A stretch of DNA of 13,503 nt from Azolla caroliniana (Eukaryota > Plantae > Polypodiophyta), in contig JBHGNT010000946.1 of the NCBI GenBank assembly GCA_043228905.1, positions 1-13,503 of the forward strand. Reading direction: 5' to 3'. This document shows, one piece after another, positions 1-8,822 of the stretch. The notes beneath the pieces are model-generated. The model did not search any database. It was given only the letters and a program-made list of their open reading frames with translations, and was not told where the DNA came from. The translations under genes and the position numbers were made by a program. Each line of letters begins with the position of its first letter. The first letter of the stretch is position 1.

Positions 1-768
1 AGCCATGTCAGCACTATTAAGTGGAAAGCTTCATCCAGTAGTTCATTCGTATATATGCTAAAAGTAATCCTTTGCAATGATGCTGATGAGATGTCAAAGA
101 ATTCTCAATGTTGTTTGGAGCAAGATTTCTGGAAGGGATTTCTTTGAGCAAGAGATTAAGGAAGCAGCTGAAATATGGCCTAGATGACGTGGAGAGAATG
201 GAATGAGAGAGAGTTATATTCTGCGCTAGATCTCATAAATTATGGTTTGCGGCTGGATTACAGATTTTGACTGCTCACTTTCTCGGATCAGCATTATTTA
301 GCAAGCTCAGTGATAAAGAAATGCAGATGGATTCTGTAAATTACCTTTTGTATCTAAATAATCATTTTATATACTTCATTTTTTCTGAGGAGAGTTTTAC
401 ATGCCAAGATTAGAGAGGAAGGCAATAGATGGAATTTGTGAAATCTGATTTATGTCTGCATAATTGAAGTTTGAAGGGCTTGCAAGTTTCCCTAAGACAA
501 AGCATGTGGCCGAGGAGTCTGTCAATGTAGGCTTCCAGTGTTGCTCTATAAAGTGAGCATTGATATTAAGTTCATATGACACCTAAACTAGTAATGATCT
601 AGTAATTTGGCACCCTCGTCACATGTCCAGCGTTCATTCTTATCCAGCATGTTTCAATGGTCTTTATGTTGAAAGCGTGGGGGCTGATTTCCTCAGTATT
701 TCCTGCTAACTGCACATGTGAAAACTGATTTTTTACTGATAGTTTTCTTTAATCTTGAGCTGATGCAG

Positions 769-873
769 ATTCGTGAATATCATAGACGTCATCCTAATGC
801 TAAGATGATCGATGCAGGAGATGATCCTGAGGAGTTGCTCAAGGAGGAGCCTTGGGTGGACTTCAGTGGCGAG
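769..873 (+). CDS. SF3A3: SF3A3 exon (IREYHRRHP...VDFSGE)
   Basis: tgcag|ATT acceptor, GAG|gtttct donor, 35 codons. Confidence 0.92.
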
Positions 874-3800
874 GTTTCTAGTCTATTTCTCACTATTAAA
901 TAATTGTGGTTGTAATAAACTTATGGTCGTTTCTATATGTGGTGTGACTTCTCTACTTTACGGATGTCTTCTTGCAGGAGGCCAATGGGAAGTACTTAGA
1001 CATGCACGAGTTGTATAATCAATACTTGAACTATAAGTTCGGGCCTGCTATTGAGTATTCTGCATACCTAGAAGAATTTCCTCAGACGCATAAGATTGCC
1101 CGTAAACACAAGCTCTCCAGGCATGTAAAGCCAACTATTTTATATGGGAATCATACATCACATGCATATGGGTATGGAGCTATAAAAGTCTTAGCATTGA
1201 AGTGCCAAGTAAGATCATCTTTCTCTTTTGAGAACCCTAAACCCTAAAGAAATGGCATTGGGGTGGCCTTGTGCAGCTTGTACATGTCAAGGGAGGAACC
1301 TGGGAAATAAATGGGGAAATTTTGGGGCAAAACTGTGTTACATTCTACAATTTCAATGAAGTAGAACATAAAATAGACATGTAGGAACAGTGTATCATAT
1401 GTGAAAAAAATGAATCATGTGGTTACTTTAAATACTATGAGTGGCATTTGCATTTGTAAAACGTCCACTATAAACATTTAACTTAATGTCTGATTAATGA
1501 TTTCAACTCCTGACACTGAGTTTCTCCAATTGCAGCAAATATAGAAGCTATCTTTCAGATTTGACAGCATATCTTCAATCCTTTTTTGAGCGAACACAAC
1601 CTCTACAAGATCTGGATAAAATTCTTTCCAAGGTCTGTTTCCAATCATTTATATTGAAACGCCTCTCATTGTTACATTAATGCTTAAATGTATGTTGTCT
1701 AGATCGAGATGGATTTTGAAGAACGTTGGGAAGCGGGCACGGTTCAAGGTTGGGAAGATAAAGATGGTCGATCCAATGCTGATCAATCGACAATTGACAT
1801 GGATGACTATGAAACAGTTGATGAACTTGTGGAACTGGGGCCTGAGAAACTTAAGCAGGTAACCTGTTGTAATGACAATTTCTGAGTGAAGATAACCTCT
1901 CATTAAAGCTATTAGTTTACTTAATAGATGATTAATTATTTTAGATTTTCCTGTAGGCTTTGATGGCACTAGGATTGAAGGCTGGTGGTACAGCCCAGCA
2001 AAGGGCAGAAAGGCTCTTCCTTACTAAGGTACGTTGCTTCTGAGTAATATTGACTAATTTTCTTAGATCCCTTCTAATTCCTACTTATTTTTACGTCTGT
2101 TTATGTTGTTTTTAGTATACCACCCTGGAAAATCTCAACCGCAAACATTTTGCTAATGTTAAGGGTGGTCCTGGAAAACCGGAAGACGTAAAAGCTTTCA
2201 GAGAAATAGCACTCCAAGAAGTAAAGATTCAACGCCTCTGTGAATTGCTTCATGAGGTATTATTATGGTGTTAAGTTCCTTAATGCTTCGACATCATGCT
2301 GTGTATTGCTTAAAATCTTGTTTGATTCTAGGCGATTGAAGAGACGAAGGCACATGTTGAAAAGAAGCAAGCTTTGACATATGAAGAAATGGAAGCAGAA
2401 AGGGAAGAGGTTCCTCCTCACTTTTTCTCAAGTTTGTCATTATGAGTTTTTCAGCTGCTGTAGTACTGGTGTTTTATTTTTAGTTGATGTATCTAGGAGG
2501 AAGTGCAAGCAGAAAGTGACAGCGATGAAGAAGAGCAGCAAATTTATAATCCTCTCAAGCTGCCAATGGGTTGGGATGGAAAACCTATCCCTTATTGGCT
2601 GTATAAACTACATGGATTAGGCCAGGTATGCTTTGCAATCTGAAAGGCACCTTCGCGTGCTACTTTTGCTATTAAACACTTTAAAGCTATTACCATCATC
2701 ATTTACAGAAGAACTGCTGAAATATCAAAAGCAAAGCCCACTATATGCACATATATATTTTTCACTATTGGCTGACTAATCTCTAGCATGAGAATGAGTT
2801 GTGCAGTTAATCCTGTGTGTTCTGAATAGCAAGAAAATATAGAATGAAATTTATGTATAGATCATTTGAATAAATCTTTGAAACGCTAATTAACTGCTTC
2901 TGTACACTATGTTATTATCGTTCAAATAAATTTAGTTTTCATATCCTTTTGATTTTGTCTAAATTAATTCACTATATATTTGCGAGTGCAAGAAAATATA
3001 GAATAGCATTTATGTAGAGGTATTTTAACTCAAATCATTGAAAGACCAATTAACACACCATCACATGATTTAAGTAAGTGTAATTTATTTAACATTCTTT
3101 GTATTCTTTCTTAATCTCTAGAATTGTCTGGAATACCTCATCCCTATCTTGCCGAGCATCCATCTTTGTGGAAAGCTCTATCACTGCTAGGCACTGTCAA
3201 ACGTAACTTGTTCTCATAGGCTCCAACCGTTGGAATAGCTGGTACTGGTACCAAACATTTGAGAACCTTTTTGGATTTTCAGCTTGTTATTTCTATTTAT
3301 GAGTTAAAGACATGTATTTGAGAAGCTTAGAAAGTAATATTCTTCCATCACATGTTGGTCTGAGCCTTTTTCTTGCAATACTACTACTACTGTTATCTAT
3401 ATCTAGGTCATCTAGTGGTGATTCAAACTTGTATAAAATTTAGACCTTTCAGTGTATGTTACTGCAATAAATGTCTATCTTTTAAACCAAATTGATATCT
3501 TTCTATTTCCTTCTGTTCTGCTTCCCACTGCATGTTCTGGAAATATTTGCAGGAATTCAACTGCGAGATCTGAAGAGCTTTTGAAAGGCACTTCAAAGAG
3601 TGGAGACATCAGCATGGAATGCGTTGCCTTGGTATCCCCAATACAAAGAACTTCCACGAAATAACGACCATTAAGGTGTTCTTTCTGTTGTTTGTATCAG
3701 GATATTTAGAAAGAGTTTGTACATTTTTAGGAATCTCAGCATAACATTAGTACATGTTGCCATCGTGATGCCCTTTTCTGTTTGAAAGGCCTAATAAAGC

Positions 3801-4053
3801 TGGTAGCTATTTCATATTCATCTTATGCAACATTCTTTGCATCTTGATAACTTTTTTCTCTTTAATATATTATGTACTATGCTTCACGAAAACATTCCTA
3901 TGACAGGATGCTCAGGCCTTGTGGGAGAGAATACAAGAAAGACAAGGAGTAAATAAGTGGCGGCCAGATTTAGAGGAAGAATATGAGGATCAAGAAGGAA
4001 ATGTCTATAATAAGAAGACATATACAGATTTACAACGACAGGGTCTCATCTAA
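769..4053 (+). CDS. SF3A3: Splicing factor 3A subunit 3 (SF3a60/PRP9/ATO), 5'-partial, 10 exons; in-frame premature stop in the zinc-finger exon (possible pseudogene or null allele)
   Basis: Hand-spliced exons 769-873, 978-1120, 1536-1632, 1703-1858, 1957-2028, 2116-2256, 2332-2409, 2497-2625, 3553-3675, 3907-4053 keep one frame. Translation contains recognisable SF3A3 motifs: [127 protein letters not shown]. Internal TGA at 3571-3573. Confidence 0.96.
978..1120 (+). CDS. SF3A3: SF3A3 exon ([13 protein letters not shown]...KHKLS), ends at a GC donor
   Basis: ttgcag|GAG acceptor; CAG|gcatgt donor is required for phase with the next exon. Confidence 0.88.
1121..1535 (+). other. GC-AG intron of SF3A3
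   Basis: CAG|GCATGT...TTGCAG|C restores the frame (AG+C = Ser). The nearby GT at 1125 would give CAA ATA TAG (stop). Confidence 0.82.
1233..1248 (+). repeat. Telo-box-like tandem AACCCTAAACCCTAAA in SF3A3 intron
   Basis: Two consecutive CCCTAAA units. Confidence 0.6.
1536..1632 (+). CDS. SF3A3: SF3A3 exon (KYRSYL...[16 protein letters not shown])
   Basis: ttgcag|C acceptor, AAG|gtctgt donor. Confidence 0.9.
1703..1858 (+). CDS. SF3A3: SF3A3 exon (IEMDFEERW...LGPEKLKQ)
   Basis: tctag|ATC acceptor, CAG|gtaacc donor, 52 codons. Confidence 0.92.
1957..2028 (+). CDS. SF3A3: SF3A3 exon ([24 protein letters not shown])
   Basis: ctgtag|GCT acceptor, AAG|gtacgt donor. Confidence 0.93.
2116..2256 (+). 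CDS. SF3A3: SF3A3 exon ([12 protein letters not shown]...LCELLHE)
   Basis: ttttag|TAT acceptor, GAG|gtatta donor, 47 codons. Confidence 0.9.
2332..2409 (+). CDS. SF3A3: SF3A3 exon ([26 protein letters not shown])
   Basis: ttctag|GCG acceptor, GAG|gttcct donor. Confidence 0.9.
2497..2625 (+). CDS. SF3A3: SF3A3 exon (EEVQAESDS...[19 protein letters not shown])
   Basis: atctag|GAG acceptor, CAG|gtatgc donor, 43 codons. Confidence 0.94.
2829..3054. repeat. Diverged direct duplication (period 159) in the long SF3A3 intron
   Basis: gcaagaaaatatagaat...atttatgta...aaatc.ttgaaa...aattaac at 2829 and 2988. Confidence 0.8.
3553..3675 (+). CDS. SF3A3: SF3A3 zinc-finger exon with internal deletion and stop (EFNCEI*RAFERHF...ITTIK)
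   Basis: ttgcag|GAA acceptor, AAG|gtgttc donor; TGA at 3571-3573. Confidence 0.9.
3907..4053 (+). CDS. SF3A3: SF3A3 terminal exon ([10 protein letters not shown]...LQRQGLI*)
   Basis: gacag|GAT acceptor, TAA at 4051-4053; conserved C-terminus. Confidence 0.95.
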   Translation, partial: DAQALWERIQERQGVNKWRPDLEEEYEDQEGNVYNKKTYTDLQRQGLI

Positions 4054-4899
4054 GTCCAATCCACTGCTTGATTTATTACATTCTCACCCTGTTGTGAAAA
4101 GGCTCGGCACATACATTGCCATTTCTCAATTAAGAAAAATGTAACTCATGATCTTTATTAAAAGAATGCGAATGGCGAGTGACAATGAACATTTTTGTAT
4201 GCAATGTTTTAATCACATGATGTGATTGTGAAGATGGCTGAATATGTTCGAGTCTAATTATTTGGACCAATGAATATTCACGTTATTTTATGAGATATCA
4301 ATGCCAGATGGTTAAACAATCAAAAGGAAAATCTGTTGAATAATTAGTGCTAGACTTAAAAATACCTCCTAGTTTTGAGAATTCTACTATTCATAATATG
4401 GGTAAAAATTAGTACAATATTATTTTGATATATGTCATCACTATGTATCAAACTAGCACTATGAATTACAATGGAATCCTCTGAGGCACAGAAGATCGTG
4501 CTAATTATTAACACACATTCCGTATTTCCTACAACAATTTTCAGTAGGTGGTTCAATCTCTATTTGTCACCATCCTCAATCACCAACTCCAGAATTGAGA
4601 AATCTGGACTCGGCAATGTCAATTATACCTATATCCATGTGGTATGTAAAATGTACTTCTGATTGTGACAAGAGGCCTTCTTTCCTATCCTAACGTAAGA
4701 TCCTTGAGGTTGCCGACAACTTTGTTGCCAAAGGATTACCATATGTTAAGTAGTCATGGACGAACTTCAAACATTATTGCCAAGAAAGCACTCATGGTTA
4801 ATAGGTTCTGAACATTTAAATGCCTAATTACTATTAACAATATGCCTCCACAAAGTTGCAAAGATCATTTTCGTATGGTATATACCCACCTTACTATTA

Positions 4900-5637
4900 A
4901 CATCATGCCAACAAGAAGTTCTAATTATTTCTACCCAAGGTTGAGTGTCTATGCACATACCTTTTAAAAGTTAAATTTTCGAGCTACCACATGATCAAAA
5001 TTTACTGCTCCCCCCATTTTGGGTATATATATTGCTCCATGAAACCCAACTCATACCAAAATTTGAGCCTTTTGTTCTATGATGTATATTTAGTGAACAA
5101 GCTAAATGATCAAGTGATTTCTTTGTCCATGGCAATAATGGCAAAAAATAAGAAATCATTGGAACCATTATTGCTTGTACCACTTTAAGGTGAGTACCAA
5201 ATGACCAAGCTTGAGACATCCAATACATATACTTATCTAAAATCGTGTCTGATATCCAATTCAAACTTTGAGAAGGTGAAATATCAACATCAATAGGGAA
5301 ATCTAAGTGCCGATACATATTTCCTTCATCTAATATTTGGCCACACCATCCAACATCAACCAAATCACTCTCAGTGCATCTAATAAGCATTGACTTCCAC
5401 ATATTAATAATCTTGATGCCAATGAAACACATTCCACACCTCCTCCATGACTTTAGCTATATTACCAGGTACACCTTTGAGAAACAAAAATGGATCATCT
5501 ACCAATTCTTGAACTACTAATTGTTTCTCAAATGGTAGAGCGAAGCCAACTATTTCCCTAGATGCTGCCAACTCGTGCATCTTAACCAACAGTGGGTGTG
5601 TAGCAATGACAAATAATAATGGACTAAATGGGATCAT
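4900..5637 (-). mobile_element. Degenerate non-LTR (L1-like LINE) ORF2 reverse-transcriptase fragment; may extend to ~4650
   Basis: PFSPLLFVIA (PLSPLLF motif), QELVDD (decayed F/YADD), GIKIINMWKS (KIN..KS), YRHLDFPI (YLG.PI), WVSWSNIYTQNGG (VSW..IC.PK..GG); frameshifts between segments. Confidence 0.8.
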
Positions 5638-5639
5638 TA

Positions 5640-7030
5640 TCTTCGTAAACCTTGTCAATGCACTACTTCGCTATGAATCCGTTCTTTGCCTAAATTTAGC
5701 AATTCAATTTTCGAATGTGGATTGATGCATCCTCGTCTAGCCTTTCCTACACTTGATTTCGTAATGCGTTTGTGATGAACTCCATTGGTGAAATTACATC
5801 TAAGCCGTAGACCAATCGAAATGTTGTCGAATTGATTGGTACTTTGAAGGAAGTCTGATATGGCCACAATGCTGAATGTAGATTAAGATCCCAATTGATT
5901 TGATGTTTATTCACCGTCTTCCTTAGGATTCACCGCAGAATCTTATGTGCGGATTTTGTTAATCCATTCGCCTAAGGATAGTATACAATACTCTTTTTGT
6001 GCACAAGCATATGCTTGGCTGTGAGCTTTGGTATGACCTTGTTAATGAAGTGACCACCCTGATCACTTACCAGCTCGATTGGGCAACCAAATTGAGTCAT
6101 GATATTTTCATACAAAAATCGGGCTACCGATTTTGTACAATTATACCTTAGTGCCTTTGCTTCGACCCATTTTGTACAGCACTATGTTGCTATTATAATG
6201 TACATGTTGGTTTGTTTGAGTTGCTACTGGAATGAATGGTTCGACAAAGTCCAAACCCCCACTTTTTTTGAAAAGGTTCCAATGGCAACACTAGTTTGTA
6301 TGCCATTCTTGATTTCTCCGTCGGCCATCCCAACAGTTTGGCAGACATCACACTGTTTTGAGTAGAAGTGCATGTAGTTGGATACAAGTGGGCACCATAA
6401 GCCTTACGCACCGATCCATACTCTACTACGAGTGGTTACCTCACCTGAGTAGTGCCCGCTCGCCACTCCTTCGTGAGCTTCCTCGAGGATGGCAAGCTTC
6501 TCATGCTCCATGCTGCGTCTGCTCCTTGGTTGTATAGAGCATCGTGGATGATACTAAATCTTTGACTACGCAATGTGAATTTCTTCCTTTGATCTCTTTT
6601 CAGACTTGGTGGTGGAATTCCCTGAGTCAAGAAGTACTCGATCTCCTTGTACCGCCCCGCCCGTCTGGTCCTTTGATCTTCTTCGACTACTTCTTGTGTT
6701 AGAATGTCGCCATCCGGGATGTCGACCGGTACTCCTATTGCCGCATTGCCTGTTTCGATTCTTGATAGATAGTCAACCGATACGTGCAAGACTCTCGATG
6801 TGCGGATTATTGTAAACTCGAACTTCTGCAAGAGCAACATCCACCCTGTAGCTTGCCTGTTAGTTTTGCTTTAATTACCAAGTACATCAAGGCCAAATGA
6901 TCTACATGAAATGTGACCTTATTCCCCAACAAGTAGTATCTAAACTTGTTAATCAAGTAGATCATGCCGAGCCCTTCTCGCTTGGTGGTTGAGTAGTTTC
7001 GTTCACCTTTGTTTAGCTTGATGAACATCC
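5640..7030 (-). mobile_element. Degenerate Ty3/gypsy LTR-retrotransposon pol fragment (RNase H then integrase); no LTRs seen
   Basis: ERNYSTTKREGLGMIY..KFRYYLLG..DHLAL (RNase H), LLLQKFEF..DYLSR, integrase core LVSDQGGHF, YYP*ANG, NWDLNLHSALWPYQTS..FRLVYG. RNase H before integrase is the gypsy order. Stops and frameshifts present. Confidence 0.9.
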
Positions 7031-7035
7031 AAGAT

Positions 7036-7065
7036 CCTAAGGGTTTAAACCCCTAAACCCTAAAC
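7036..7065. repeat. Short interstitial telomere-like repeats with inverted junction
   Basis: cctaaGGGTTT-AAACCCctaaaccctaaac: plant TTTAGGG/CCCTAAA units in both orientations. Confidence 0.7.
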
Positions 7066-7129
7066 TGTTCAAATCTCTAATTTGATGCTAGAAATTACAA
7101 TATTATTTAATAATTAATGCCAAGAATGA

Positions 7130-7420
7130 TCATGTTGTTAACACTTTCCCAATTGTTCCATTACACCCCAAATTATACGCAACCAAAATGAGAATTTACA
7201 CTCTACCTCAAACCATATTTCTAACACTCTTGAAACTTAGCTAGTGGTGTCCAAGGAACAATATAGACCAGATTATTTTCGTAAAAGATAAGCAAATGGG
7301 ACAGTAATCTATCACTTTGTCATTTGATTTAAAAATGACCTCAAAGAACCCATGCGAACTTTCATAAAAGTCTTCTGCACTATTTCTACCCACCATAACA
7401 TTTAACCATTGAGTAACCTA
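7130..7420 (-). mobile_element. Probable LINE ORF1 (DUF4283-like) remnant; an acidic upstream segment may extend to ~7750
   Basis: Frameshifted translation gives HGFFEVIFKS, NLVYIVPWTP, EIWFEV..FWLRIIWGVMEQLGK, in the order typical of plant L1 ORF1; recognised by eye only. Confidence 0.5.
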
Positions 7421-7765
7421 ACTTACCAAAGGCTTTCCCCTCATAATGAAGCAAATAATACCTCGCTGATGAAACATGAAAAAATCCTTCAAGATATCCC
7501 AACACGACATCTCCACTTCGACAATATCATCAACTTCTACATTCACCATTTATATATATTATTAGGTAAAATGTCATGTAATGCTTGGTTAGAAACCACA
7601 TGAATTACTTCTCAATATTGGTCCTTCATCTCCTCATCTTCTACAATAATATGTGAGTCTAATGGTTTTGAAATAATATCTATATCCTCCCCTTGCATAT
7701 TATTAATGCCAATCTTTTGATTCTTCAAATCGGTATCGTCTTCTCCTTCTCTCTATTTCTCTTTT

Positions 7766-7787
7766 ATCCATCCATCCATCCATCCAT
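7766..7787. repeat. (ATCC)5 microsatellite
   Basis: Read directly. Confidence 0.85.
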
Positions 7788-8064
7788 TCCATGAACTATG
7801 CCCAATTTTAAGGATAAGGAATTAAAGAGAAAGATAATTTAACATTTAACATTCGCATTCGAAGATGACATGCCATGTTATAAACCTAGACGACATCCTT
7901 TTATGTTACAAACCCGAACAAAGATTGATTTAAAGCTTGTGGAGAAAAACAACTTTGCTGCAATGCTCCTGATTGAACTGATGTAGCAAAATTGGTGTAC
8001 AACCAAAAATCTTGAGCTTCTCTAAATCTAACTCACTCACTCTCTATGTCTATGGTTTTATCAT

Positions 8065-8066
<2 letters not shown>

Positions 8067-8122
<56 letters not shown>
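8067..8122. repeat. Compound microsatellite (CT)14(CA)14
   Basis: Read directly. Confidence 0.97.
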
Positions 8123-8126
<4 letters not shown>

Positions 8127-8603
8127 TTTTACTCTTTGTGGAATCTTAACTCCACAACGCCCTTCGTGGAAGTTCCACGGAACCTCAATTCCACTAGAGA
8201 CCAATGCTCTTTATAGCTCACATTTTGCATCCAAATGTTCCTAATAGAATATGAACCCTTTACCTTATTGTTTTAAAAGAATAACTTTCACCACTTGATC
8301 TACCTCGGTTAAATTTAAATTCTTAGATGTTATGTCTTTTTTCAGTAACCGCTTTCTTTGTAATTGAAAAAATAAGATTTGATTCTATTATTTTTAGAAT
8401 GTTTTTATAAAATTCTATAGGATCTGGAACTATCCATAACTCCAAATCAAAAATTGAATTTATCTTTATTTCTGAATATTTTTTGTTGATAGAAAATTTG
8501 TCAAACACTATTCCTGATTGAAATATACATCTTATATTTTAGTAAAAATGAAAAGAATGCTCCATTTTCTGGTAAAAATCGTGAGAAAGGATGGTAATTG
8601 TTA

Positions 8604-8822
8604 TTACTTTGAAATCATAATGTTGAGGATTTTTCCAGGGACATATATCTTCTTCACAATGTCCTTATCACCGATGTATTTTCTCACATTCTTATTATCC
8701 AACGCTGCTGCGAGTGCAATGGCTTCATCAACAACAGCTGAAACTTGAATAGTACCTCTTGTCTTCCCATTTATTTGGATTGGTAATGTAACAAATTCTT
8801 CTGTGAGATATTCTTTCATCAC
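8604..8822 (-). CDS. leuS: LeuRS terminal exon (C-terminal domain)
   Basis: gccag|GTG acceptor; [11 protein letters not shown] and IYVPGKILN motifs; TAA at 8606-8604. Confidence 0.93.
   Translation of the reverse strand: MMKEYLTEEFVTLPIQINGKTRGTIQVSAVVDEAIALAAALDNKNVRKYIGDKDIVKKIYVPGKILNIMISK

Noticed and set aside
58-147. Frame-1 peptide KVILCNDADEMSKNSQCCL loosely resembling an RFC/AAA+ Walker B region
   Set aside because: Short, ends in a stop, has no splice signals or further motifs, and lies in a presumed SF3A3 intron.
2626-3552. Search for the missing GNYSYWGR codons as a separate microexon
   Set aside because: No such coding stretch found by eye, and there is no intron between TGA and AGA in which it could lie.
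3562-3573. TGC-GAG-ATC-TGA read as a CxxU selenocysteine or readthrough motif
   Set aside because: Land plants lack the Sec machinery and I saw no SECIS. The TGA is explained by the deletion junction, and recoding would not restore the 8 missing residues.
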